Part shown: in pieces, positions 1 to 9,341 of the stretch
Layout of the letters: each line of letters begins with the position of its first letter
Position numbering within the stretch: position 1 is the stretch's first letter
Assembly: GCA_048887225.1 (NCBI GenBank)
Contig: JBHLJY010000002.1
Coordinates: forward strand, 192,001 to 256,000
Direction: 5' to 3'
DNA from: Candidatus Hodarchaeota archaeon
GTDB lineage: Archaea > Asgardarchaeota > Lokiarchaeia > Sigyniarchaeales > SOKP01
Length of the DNA: 64,000 nt
Notes under the pieces: model-generated
The model's input: only the letters and a program-made list of their open reading frames with translations
What the model was told of the DNA's origin: nothing
Database searches by the model: none
Position numbers and translations under genes: made by a program

Positions 1-2
1 TT

Positions 3-1241
3 ATTAAATTTAATTTAAAGCTACCAAATGGTTTTCCGACAAACACCAATTTTGACATACTTAAAGCTTTAATTCAATTATGCAAAAAAGCTGGTGCCAA
101 AAAAGTCTATGTTGGCAGTTTTCCCTTCAAAGGGATTACAATAAAAGCAATCTCCGACACATTAGGGCTAAGAGAATACTTTGATAGCATTGGGGCAGAA
201 TTAGCGTTTTTAGATAATAGCAATTATTTCTACTTGAAAAGATTTGATGCTAAGAAATTAAAAGTTGTTAAAAATAGATCATTTTCAAAAGTAAATATAA
301 AAAACAAGTCATTTATTATTCCTAAGGTAATTCTGGAATCGAATAAACTTATTTCAATTAATCAGGTTAATGTTGATCCTTTATTCTCATTTAGCTTATC
401 CTTACTTAATTCTTATTCAATCGTTCCAAACAGATATCAGGAAGTTAAAAACATTCTAAAAAAAGGAAAAGATTGCGTACTAAACGACCAATACAAACAA
501 GAATTAGATTCAAATATTATTGATGTTTTTTCTTTAAAAAAACCTAATTTAATTATAAATGACCTCTTCTATATTTTAGAAGGTGCTGGTCCTTATATAT
601 ATAAAGATTCAAATCTGAAAAAAACAGGGATAATGGTCCTCGGAAATGATGCCGTTGCTGTAGATATAATCACCACAAAAATATTGAACCTCAATAAAAA
701 TGCAAAAGACTTAATTTTAAGAGCTGAAAAAAGTAGAATAGGTACTGCTAATATTTCTAAAATTAAAATTGTAGGAGAACATTTTAAAGACATTAATATT
801 GATATTGAAGAAAGTGCTAATAAGCTTGACAAGATTAAATTACAGAGTTTTTCAATTAAAACAGGTCAATTATGTTCGGGATGTTTTAAACAAGCTTATC
901 ATCTGTTAAATCTTATGAAAACTAATATGACAAAGGATTTAAAGTACATTACTCCATATAACTCTTTTTTAATAGGAGAAAATCCTCCTGATCCTAATAT
1001 TATAGGCAAGGATAATATTATTCTTTTTGGAGATTGCGCTGTAAATAGTAAAAGATTTAGCGTAAATAAAAAAGTACTAAAACTATCAGGGTGTCCACCA
1101 GATATTATCAAATGCGTGAAATTGATGATAAATTATTACAAAAAAGGCAATGTGCCTATGCTTAATTTATGTTATAAGATAATTGCTTCCTACGCTTCTA
1201 AAAAAATTATAAAAAAATTAAGGATATGGGAGGGATTATAG
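3..1241 (+). CDS. DUF362-family Fe-S protein, 5'-truncated by the window edge
   Basis: Frame is open from position 3 (IKFNLKLPNGFPTNTNF...AGAKKVYVGS), so the gene begins before the window. EGAGP and GNDAVAVD are DUF362-type motifs; C-terminal CSGC, FGDCA, LSGCPP cysteines. Confidence 0.7.
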   Translation: MKFNLKLPNGFPTNTNFDILKALIQLCKKAGAKKVYVGSFPFKGITIKAISDTLGLREYFDSIGAELAFLDNSNYFYLKRFDAKKLKVVKNRSFSKVNIKNKSFIIPKVILESNKLISINQVNVDPLFSFSLSLLNSYSIVPNRYQEVKNILKKGKDCVLNDQYKQELDSNIIDVFSLKKPNLIINDLFYILEGAGPYIYKDSNLKKTGIMVLGNDAVAVDIITTKILNLNKNAKDLILRAEKSRIGTANISKIKIVGEHFKDINIDIEESANKLDKIKLQSFSIKTGQLCSGCFKQAYHLLNLMKTNMTKDLKYITPYNSFLIGENPPDPNIIGKDNIILFGDCAVNSKRFSVNKKVLKLSGCPPDIIKCVKLMINYYKKGNVPMLNLCYKIIASYASKKIIKKLRIWEGL

Positions 1242-2812
1242 CTTTGATTAACGATAATTTTAAGAGTAACTGGTTAAAAATTTTAAATTATAATTCTAAT
1301 GTAGAGATTTTTGACGATGCTAAAAAATTAAAAGAAAGAATTCGAATTCCATTAACTCCAATTAACACTGAGGGATATGTCATATATTATCTTTTTAAAC
1401 TCTTATATCCAATATTCATTAACGATCAACAGAATATCCTTGATGTTGTAATCTCTGACAATGGAAAAGAGATTCTGAAATTATTTTTATATGAAACTAA
1501 AAAAGCAGGAATACATGAATCTTTCCAAATAGTGCCAAAAGAATGGATAAATTTTCAATGGGATGATTTGCATGAGATTAATGAAATTTTTAGTGCCGCT
1601 CAATCGGGTTTAATAGAGAAGAAAAATGTAAGGATCTCATCGCTTCGAATATTCAAAAAAAAAGCAATTAATTATATTAATGATTTTTGTATAGGAATAA
1701 ACGAACTTAATTTCTATGAATTTATGCTACGAATTTTTGATTTAGTACAAAATATATTAGAATACAATGTCTTTTTTATTTATCCGGAGCCTAATATTTT
1801 AAAATTCTTAAAAAAATTAATCATATATTTAAAAGGAATAAAACTTTCTAATATTTTTAAATTCATTGAGGGAAACTTCGATAGTTTTAACGTCTCAATT
1901 GTTTTAAATTCAGAGCAACTAATTTTAATCCTTAAAATTCAAAAAATAAAGTCAAGTTCAGAAAAATCAGACCTCAATTTCAAACTATATACTCCAAGAG
2001 AATTAGGCATTAATGTTGATGGAATAAGTATAACTCACCTTTTAAACAAAATTAAATTTAGATTGAAATCTGAAAAAATTTTTCTTATTAATCAAAATCA
2101 CATACTCTCTTTATTACCCGAAATTTTTGAGTTAGATATTCCTCCAAAAATAGAAAATCTGAAATTAATACTTCAAAAAATTCTATTTGGATTTAGAAGT
2201 TTTGAGAATTTGTGGTATATGGCACCTCGTCCTAAAATTTATAATACATTAAGACGATTTATTGTCAGACTTATAGGACTTAATTTGAATCTTAAGAAGA
2301 TATCTCATTGGGCGTTTCCAGAGTTAATTTCTACTTCAATTGGCTCGAATTTTGGTTTATATTCAAAAATTATGTTTATTTTTACCAATATCTCTAAATA
2401 TAAAAAATTAAAATTGGATGATCTAAAGAAAATTTTTGAATATGCAATACTGATTGAAATCGAGAATGGTAAATTACAAAAAATAATTCCTATTAATAGA
2501 GATGATATTTTCACCAATGGAAAAGCCACCGATTTAGAAATAATAAGATACATAATTTCAGAGAAATATGGATTTGTATCGTCTGTAATTAAAATAGACA
2601 ATTTATTAATAAAAGAAGTTCTAAATAATTTCGGGTCAAATTTGTCTAAATTTAAACCTTTCTCTAAGTTAAAAATACTTAAATTGCTCAAAAATAAAAA
2701 TATCTTTAATATTTATCCTGACTTGCCACCCTTTAAATTGATAACGAATAACGGAGTAAAATATCTTACTAAACTAGTTCTACCAATTTTAATTGATAAA
2801 CATGAATTTTAA
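1226..2812 (+). CDS. Hypothetical protein (start may be TTG 1244 after GGAGG)
   Basis: 528-aa ORF coupled to the upstream gene; no motif recognised. Confidence 0.7.
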   Translation: MGGIIALINDNFKSNWLKILNYNSNVEIFDDAKKLKERIRIPLTPINTEGYVIYYLFKLLYPIFINDQQNILDVVISDNGKEILKLFLYETKKAGIHESFQIVPKEWINFQWDDLHEINEIFSAAQSGLIEKKNVRISSLRIFKKKAINYINDFCIGINELNFYEFMLRIFDLVQNILEYNVFFIYPEPNILKFLKKLIIYLKGIKLSNIFKFIEGNFDSFNVSIVLNSEQLILILKIQKIKSSSEKSDLNFKLYTPRELGINVDGISITHLLNKIKFRLKSEKIFLINQNHILSLLPEIFELDIPPKIENLKLILQKILFGFRSFENLWYMAPRPKIYNTLRRFIVRLIGLNLNLKKISHWAFPELISTSIGSNFGLYSKIMFIFTNISKYKKLKLDDLKKIFEYAILIEIENGKLQKIIPINRDDIFTNGKATDLEIIRYIISEKYGFVSSVIKIDNLLIKEVLNNFGSNLSKFKPFSKLKILKLLKNKNIFNIYPDLPPFKLITNNGVKYLTKLVLPILIDKHEF

Positions 2813-2842
2813 GTTTATAAATAAAAATAAAAAAATAGAAAT

Positions 2843-3019
2843 TTAAAGTAAATAAAAATAAGCTACTATCGTTAGAAAAACCAGTAAGACGCCCCCTATA
2901 AATAAAAAGACGGCAAATGGTAATAATAATCCCCAATATAAAACACCGATTACAGCAAAAACACACATAAGAATTCCAATAAAAATTAATATTCCTATTA
3001 TTACTCGTTCTAATGTCAA
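2843..3019 (-). CDS. Small two-TM membrane protein (58 aa, absent from ORF track)
   Basis: TTG start with GGTGA upstream; MTLERVIIGILIFIGILMCVFAVIGVLYWGLLLPFAVFLFIGGVLLVFLTIVAYFYLL; fills the intergenic gap. Confidence 0.6.
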   Translation of the reverse strand: MTLERVIIGILIFIGILMCVFAVIGVLYWGLLLPFAVFLFIGGVLLVFLTIVAYFYLL

Positions 3020-3140
3020 TCTAAAAAATCACCATAATTTCTGCATAAGGAATTGTTTTAAGAATAAATTTATATGAGTTTTTATAAATACTTTAACTTT
3101 TAAAAAAATCGTTAAAAATTAGAAGTAAGGAATTTATTAA

Positions 3141-4232
3141 TTATTTTACATATCCTTTAGCCTTTAATAACTCTGCGGTTAATATTGATCCTCCTGCAGC
3201 TCCTCTTACAGTATTATGGCTAAGTGCTACGAATTTATAATCAAATACATTGTCTTTTCTTAATCTTCCAACAGTTACAGCCATACCCTTATCATTATCT
3301 CTGTCTTTTTTCGGTTGTGGTCTGTCAATGTTATTTAAATAAATAATTGGCTGTTTTGGAGCGAAAGGCAAATTTTGTTCTTGTGGAAATGATTTGAATT
3401 CATTCCATATATTAATTATCTCTTCTTTTGAAGGGACATTATCTTTGAATTTCATATTTACACATGCCGTATGACCATCTACTACAGGAACTCGAGTACA
3501 TGTTGAACTTATTTGAATTGAATCGTCGTGGATAATTCCATTTTCTCCGACTTTCCCTAGGATTTTTAGCGGTTCTTGTTCTGTTTTCTCTTCTTCTCCA
3601 CTTATATAAGGAACTATATTATCAACTATATCTAAAGAAGGGACCCCAGGATAACCTGCCCCTGAAACAGCTTGAAGTGTTGTAATGATTAATTTTTCGA
3701 TTTTATATCCAGCAGCCTTTATAGCATAAATTGCTGTTAAATAACTTTGTAAAGAACAATTAGGTTTTACTACAACGAAACCTCCCTTATCAAAACCCCG
3801 GTTTTTTTGCTGAATTGGTATTATATCTGTGTGATTATGGTTAATTTCCCCCATGATCATTGGAACATCTGGAGTCCATCTATGGGCAGAGTTGTTACTT
3901 ACTACAGGAATTCCCCTTTTTGCATACTTAAATTCAACCTCTTTAATTTGGTCTTTTGAGGGCATAGTTATTGCCGAAAATAAAAAACTCAAGTCATCTG
4001 GAATAGAATCATAATCCTGTACGTCCCTTACAATTAAATCTTCAATAGAATCTGGAATTGAGATTGGCATTTGCCATTTAGGGCCAGCTGCTTCTTTGTA
4101 TGTTTTTCCAGCAGATCTAGGAGATGCTGCGATGTCAACTATTTCAAACCACGGATGACCCTGCAATAACCGTAAGTAGTTCTGTCCCACTACACCGGTT
4201 GCACCAAGCACACCAATTTTTATTTTTTCCAT
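3141..4232 (-). CDS. asd: Aspartate-semialdehyde dehydrogenase (archaeal/fungal type)
   Basis: GATGVVG Rossmann motif, KPNCS catalytic Cys, QAVSGAGYPG, CTRVPVVDGH, HNTVRGAAG. Confidence 0.96.
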   Translation of the reverse strand: MEKIKIGVLGATGVVGQNYLRLLQGHPWFEIVDIAASPRSAGKTYKEAAGPKWQMPISIPDSIEDLIVRDVQDYDSIPDDLSFLFSAITMPSKDQIKEVEFKYAKRGIPVVSNNSAHRWTPDVPMIMGEINHNHTDIIPIQQKNRGFDKGGFVVVKPNCSLQSYLTAIYAIKAAGYKIEKLIITTLQAVSGAGYPGVPSLDIVDNIVPYISGEEEKTEQEPLKILGKVGENGIIHDDSIQISSTCTRVPVVDGHTACVNMKFKDNVPSKEEIINIWNEFKSFPQEQNLPFAPKQPIIYLNNIDRPQPKKDRDNDKGMAVTVGRLRKDNVFDYKFVALSHNTVRGAAGGSILTAELLKAKGYVK

Positions 4233-4369
4233 ACAGATTTAAATGAAGCGATATTGAATAATTTTTCGATTTTTTTGATTAAATAGTCATATTATTAATA
4301 AATTTTTGAAGCAAAAATGTAAAATTCTGTCGTTCTTTTTTTTAATTAATTAATTAATTTTGAAAGTTT

Positions 4370-5413
4370 ATGAAAAATCCTTTTTATCAATTCTATCACG
4401 TTCCGACATCCCAAGAACTATTAGATATAGCATTTAAAAGAGCTATGAAAAGTTCTGCTAAGGTTTCTAAAAACGCTCCAATCCTAATTAAAGCAAAAAA
4501 AAAAGAAACTAAGCGGATAAAGGTTGCAATTAAAGAACTTATTGAGCGGATTCTCAATATTATAAAAATGGTCCCTCTTATTGATGATCTTCCAGATTTC
4601 TACAAAGAATTAGCTTCACTATTGGTAAATACTGATGAATTGAAATTAACTCTGGGAAAATTAAATGGAATTTTACCCGTTTTAAGTAAAATCGAGAGAG
4701 AATATACAAAAAATCTTGGCAAGATTGAAGCCCCGAAAGAAGGGGACCAATTAAGAAGATCTGCTTTCGGTAGGATGTCTTCTATTATAAATAAGCAAAA
4801 TAATAATCTTAAATATTTAAATGATATAAGAGGGAGATTAAGGGAAATTCCTTCAATTGATTATACTATGCCATGCGTTGTAGTTGCGGGATATCCAAAC
4901 GTAGGAAAAAGCAGCATTGTAAAATTGATATCTACTGCAAAATCTATAGAAGTACAAGAATATCCATTTACAACAAAAAAATTAAATTTAGGACATATAA
5001 AGATCAAACGAAGATTTGACGCAATTAAGCTACAAATTATGGATACTCCTGGAATTTTAGATAGACTTATGTCTAAAAGGAATTACATTGAATTACAAGC
5101 GATTTTAACTTTACGATTGATATCTGATCTAATCTTATTTATTTTCGATCCTACTCCGGCATGTGGATATTCAATAGAATCTCAAATAGAGCTATTCAAT
5201 GAAATCAAGGAAAATTTTACTCAAGATGGAAATATTAAAATCATTGTCGTTTTTAACAAGATGGATTTAGCAAGTCCATCTGAAATAAATTTTCTCAAGG
5301 ACAAGTTAAAATTGAAAGAAAACGAATATTTTTTAACCAATGCTTTAACAGGAGAGAATCTTGATAAAGTAGATACTTATTTAAAAAATTGTTATAGTCA
5401 AACCGAATCATAA
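4370..5413 (+). CDS. NOG1-family GTP-binding protein
   Basis: N-terminal helical domain, GYPNVGKSS, YPFTTK, DTPGILDR, NKMD. Confidence 0.93.
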   Translation: MKNPFYQFYHVPTSQELLDIAFKRAMKSSAKVSKNAPILIKAKKKETKRIKVAIKELIERILNIIKMVPLIDDLPDFYKELASLLVNTDELKLTLGKLNGILPVLSKIEREYTKNLGKIEAPKEGDQLRRSAFGRMSSIINKQNNNLKYLNDIRGRLREIPSIDYTMPCVVVAGYPNVGKSSIVKLISTAKSIEVQEYPFTTKKLNLGHIKIKRRFDAIKLQIMDTPGILDRLMSKRNYIELQAILTLRLISDLILFIFDPTPACGYSIESQIELFNEIKENFTQDGNIKIIVVFNKMDLASPSEINFLKDKLKLKENEYFLTNALTGENLDKVDTYLKNCYSQTES

Positions 5414-5434
5414 AATAATTTAAAAAGATATTTT

Positions 5435-6058
5435 TCATACACTAAAATTTTCATCTAATTCATGATTTAGGGAAATTTTCTCATCTCTAAATTTTAGAAA
5501 TTCGTTCTTTTTGAATTTTTTTGGAAGATATCTTTTACTTTTTTTTCCTGCTAATTCAATAGAGAAAATTAATATACAACAGATTAAAAGCGCAACCATT
5601 AAATCTCGAAGTAAATATGACTCTATAATATAACTAATAAGAGATAATAGACCAGAAGCTAAAGCAACAATAAAAATGATAATCGTAAATAGGCGCCTAT
5701 TATAAGCCGAATAAATTCTATTATTTTCAATTGTGTTTCTTTTACCAAAATAAACTTTAATTGTTCTCATCAAATTATTTTTAATTATAACATTTTCACA
5801 CGATTTTAATTTAACAAGCGAAATTATAGAATCTTCAATGATTATATTTTGGCATTTATCTAAGATCATAATGCCAATATCAATATTTCTTAAATGAAGG
5901 TACAAATCATCTGTCTTAAAAATTACATTATACGGAAGATTATCATCATCAATAATAAGGGGAGAATCTTTAGTACCTTTACCTTTCCAACCTATTTTTT
6001 CAATATTTGCTTTTAAAAATTCCTTTTCAATGATACTTGGTATTTCCAAAAATTTCAC
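5435..6058 (-). CDS. Short parallel beta-helix (NosD-like) protein with two TM helices
   Basis: GKGTKDSPLIID cap, CQNIII/CENVII repeats, hydrophobic hairpin near the C-terminus. Confidence 0.6.
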   Translation of the reverse strand: MKFLEIPSIIEKEFLKANIEKIGWKGKGTKDSPLIIDDDNLPYNVIFKTDDLYLHLRNIDIGIMILDKCQNIIIEDSIISLVKLKSCENVIIKNNLMRTIKVYFGKRNTIENNRIYSAYNRRLFTIIIFIVALASGLLSLISYIIESYLLRDLMVALLICCILIFSIELAGKKSKRYLPKKFKKNEFLKFRDEKISLNHELDENFSV

Positions 6059-6165
6059 TTAACACTTAGAAAATATATTTTACAAATCTAATAATTAAAT
6101 ATCATATAGATGGTTAATAAAATTTAGATAAATCACCAATTTATTTAGAACACCGATTATTAATA

Positions 6166-7245
6166 ATGAAAAACCTTATTATATTAGGATTAGATATCGG
6201 TGGAGCTAATACAAAGGCAGCTCTTGTAAAATTTAAAAATTCAGAAATTTCGGAATCATTTTCATATATTGAATCTTTTCCATTTTGGGAAAAAATTATT
6301 GATGAAATTCCACAAATGTTTAAAAAGATTATATCTATTTTATTAGGCAAACATTTAAATTTAAAAGTTATTGATTATATCGCAGTTACTATTACCGCAG
6401 AGCTTTCAGATGCATTTCAAACTAAGCGTGAAGGCATTTTAACAATTCTAAATGCATTGGATAAGGTTTTTGATAAAAAGAAGATGTTTTTTATTAATAA
6501 CTCTGGAAAATTTATAGATTATGCATGCGCAAAATCAGATTTTTCCACTATCGCAGCAGCAAACTGGGTATCTACATCTCTATATTTAGGACAATTTATC
6601 TCTCAATGTATTTTAATTGATGCTGGTTCAACAACTATCGATATTATTCCTATACTTAACTCAATTCCCGTTGCTAAAGGTAATAACGATATATCAAGAA
6701 TAGTGAATCACGAATTAATATATACTGGTGGATTAAGAGCAACTATACCATCAATAACGCATTTTGTACCTTATAAAGGAAAATTAATTCGTATTTCTTT
6801 TGAAAAATTTGCTTTAGTGTCGGATGTCCATCTAATATTAAATAATATCTCTGAAAATGAATACATCAACGATACAGCAGATAGTCGATCGAAATCTATT
6901 GAAGACTGTTATGCTAGATTAGCTAGAATTATATGTATGGATATTGAAACTATTTCTAAAGAAGAATTAAATGAAATTGCAGAATATATTTATAAGCAGC
7001 AATTAGAGCTCATATCAAGTGAGATCCAAGAATTTATGAAATATCTTATTATTAAATATCCTGAATTTAAAGAAAATCCATTATTTGTAATTACTGGTTT
7101 ATCAGCAGATTTCTTAGTTAAAAATGTATTAGAATCATTCGGATATAATAACATTAAGAATTACGAAGATATTACAAAAGTTCCAGACCGTATTAGTTCT
7201 TCAGCTTTTGCAGTGGCGGGTGCTTTTTATTTTCAGAATAAATAA
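6166..7245 (+). CDS. mfnF: Methanofuran biosynthesis protein MfnF (hydantoinase A/ASKHA family)
   Basis: GLDIGGANTK, TITAELSDAF, AAANW, IDAGSTTIDIIP, ELIYTG; adjacent to an MfnE-like kinase. Confidence 0.8.
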   Translation: MKNLIILGLDIGGANTKAALVKFKNSEISESFSYIESFPFWEKIIDEIPQMFKKIISILLGKHLNLKVIDYIAVTITAELSDAFQTKREGILTILNALDKVFDKKKMFFINNSGKFIDYACAKSDFSTIAAANWVSTSLYLGQFISQCILIDAGSTTIDIIPILNSIPVAKGNNDISRIVNHELIYTGGLRATIPSITHFVPYKGKLIRISFEKFALVSDVHLILNNISENEYINDTADSRSKSIEDCYARLARIICMDIETISKEELNEIAEYIYKQQLELISSEIQEFMKYLIIKYPEFKENPLFVITGLSADFLVKNVLESFGYNNIKNYEDITKVPDRISSSAFAVAGAFYFQNK

Positions 7246-7263
7246 GAAAATTATGGTATTATC

Positions 7264-7986
7264 ATGAAAAATATAATCGTTAAAATCGGAGGAAAAATAT
7301 TAGAGGATTCTAAAAGTCTTGAATCTACAATATTTCAATTAAAGGAGCTTTTATTTGAAAAAAAAATTATAAATAATGTAGTGATTATCCCTGGAGGAGG
7401 CTCCTATGCGAATTTAATTAGAGCGATTGATAAAGATTTAAATATTGGGGATGATCTCGCACATTGGATGGCAATTTTTACTATTAATTTTAACGGTATT
7501 AAAATAATTAAAAAATTTCCAGAGATTAAGTGTTTTAAAAATTTTAATGCGTTAGAAGAATCATTAATGGAAAGCAATATTTCATTATTTTTACCATACG
7601 ATTATTTGATTAAAGTTGATGAATTGCCTCATTCTTGGGACGTGACCTCTGATTCAATAACTGTATTTCTCGCATTTAAATTAGGATTAAAATATTGTAT
7701 TTTAATTAAAGATGTGAATGGCATTATAAACGATCAGAATCAAATAATTAAAGAAATCACTGTTAATGAATATAAAAATCTGAAAAAAGCAAATAGATTA
7801 TTAAAAAAAGAAATTAATTCATATAAGGAATCTCAGCCCATTGATACTTATTCCTTAGAATTAATTGAAAAATACAAAATCTCTTGTTTTATTTTAAACG
7901 GTAAAACAGAAAATCGAACAATTATAGATTTTTTTAATAATGCTGAGAGAGAGCATTCTCTTCATACAAAAATCAAATTTAGCTAG
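7264..7986 (+). CDS. mfnE: Amino-acid-kinase family, MfnE-like furan-phosphate kinase
   Basis: VKIGG, IIPGGGSYAN, AHWMAI, LPHSWDVTSDSI, IKDVNG. Confidence 0.8.
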   Translation: MKNIIVKIGGKILEDSKSLESTIFQLKELLFEKKIINNVVIIPGGGSYANLIRAIDKDLNIGDDLAHWMAIFTINFNGIKIIKKFPEIKCFKNFNALEESLMESNISLFLPYDYLIKVDELPHSWDVTSDSITVFLAFKLGLKYCILIKDVNGIINDQNQIIKEITVNEYKNLKKANRLLKKEINSYKESQPIDTYSLELIEKYKISCFILNGKTENRTIIDFFNNAEREHSLHTKIKFS

Positions 7987-8126
7987 CTTTTTAGTTATTT
8001 AACTTATTCCGTTTTTAATACTTTTTTATTGAAAATAAAAGCAATTAAAGTTTTAATTGAATCAAAAACAAAACTAAATATAATATTCATAAAAAAACTT
8101 TACTTAAAGTCTAAAGTGAAAATAAA

Positions 8127-8627
8127 ATGGATGATGATCAAATAAAGAAAAATGCGGATTTTTTAATTAAAAATCTTGCTGGTATGGAGGTACCTGGATC
8201 GGCGACTGTTAATGTCAGATATAAAAATCTAGTTAATTTTGCGCAAGTTTATGGAATAACAGATCCTAAATATGTTGGATCTGAGGAGCAAGGAATAGTT
8301 GCATGTCACGCATTTGCAAACCATTTTACGATAAAAGCACTATATAAATTGCTACTTGGAAGTAAATTAGAACAAGACGGTGAAATGCGCCCTTTCTTAT
8401 TGAATCCTGGTAAATTATTACATGCAGGTCAAGAATATGATTGGAATGGATGTGTGGATGTTAAACCTGGAGATAAATTGAAAGTAACCGCAAAATGGGG
8501 CAAAGTTTGGGTAGTGGAAAAAAATATGGTTCTTTTCGCAGAATTATTAGTAGAAGTAAAGAACCAAAATGGTGAATTAGTTTGTAAACCACTAGTTACA
8601 GCGGCCGTTAGGCCAGGAGGATATTAA
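8127..8627 (+). CDS. MaoC-like hot-dog protein, non-catalytic (HadA-like) subunit
   Basis: FAQVYGITDPKY, LLHAGQEY, VKPGDKL, VKNQNGELV. Confidence 0.75.
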   Translation: MDDDQIKKNADFLIKNLAGMEVPGSATVNVRYKNLVNFAQVYGITDPKYVGSEEQGIVACHAFANHFTIKALYKLLLGSKLEQDGEMRPFLLNPGKLLHAGQEYDWNGCVDVKPGDKLKVTAKWGKVWVVEKNMVLFAELLVEVKNQNGELVCKPLVTAAVRPGGY

Positions 8628-8644
8628 TTGGAGGTGGATAAAAA

Positions 8645-9193
8645 ATGGTAAAAATTTCAGATATTAAAGTTGGAGATGTTATAAAGAATGAATTTGATGG
8701 CATTACACGAGATTTATTAAAAATGTATGCTAAAGCTTCTGGAGATACCAATCCTATTCATACAAACGATGCAATAGCTGAAAAAGCTGGTTTAAAAGGA
8801 ATTATCGCACATGGGCTCTTTAGTTTTGGATTTATCACAAAATTATTCGAAGATTGGTTAGAACAGGAAAAATTTGGCAAACTTATTGATATTTCAGTTG
8901 AGATGAGGGGCATGGTGAGAGTAGGAGATCTGTTAGTCACAGAAGCGAAAGTAAATAAAATTGAAGGGAAAAGGATATATCTTGATGTAAATCAAACAAC
9001 TATTACAAATGTAGATATTAAGGATAAGGATGGAAATATTGTAAAACAATTTGAGGCTGGAGAGCGTGGTTATATCACAGAAAAAGACATTTCACAAAAT
9101 CTCGTTAAAACGAAGGAAGTTAGTGAGGGGATTTTAACTTATCGAGAAAGAGTTGCAACACCTGGAACTGCTATTGTTGAATTAAACGAATGA
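8645..9193 (+). CDS. MaoC-family (R)-specific enoyl hydratase/dehydratase, catalytic subunit
   Basis: Hydratase-2 motif YAKASGDTNPIH...IIAHG; GGAGGTG SD upstream. Confidence 0.88.
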   Translation: MVKISDIKVGDVIKNEFDGITRDLLKMYAKASGDTNPIHTNDAIAEKAGLKGIIAHGLFSFGFITKLFEDWLEQEKFGKLIDISVEMRGMVRVGDLLVTEAKVNKIEGKRIYLDVNQTTITNVDIKDKDGNIVKQFEAGERGYITEKDISQNLVKTKEVSEGILTYRERVATPGTAIVELNE

Positions 9194-9224
9194 TTTTTTA
9201 ATATTACAAAAAAAACTGTCTAAT

Positions 9225-9256
9225 ATTTTTTCTTTATTTTTTTATTTTTTTTTTTT
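9225..9256 (+). terminator. Oligo-T archaeal terminator after the MaoC pair
   Basis: Long T runs immediately downstream of the 9193 stop. Confidence 0.5.
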
Positions 9257-9341
9257 CCGTTATCCATCAATTTTAATAGAAGATATTTATATGTTTTTAT
9301 CGAAAATATCTTTGAAATAATAAATTTTTAAAATACTAATA

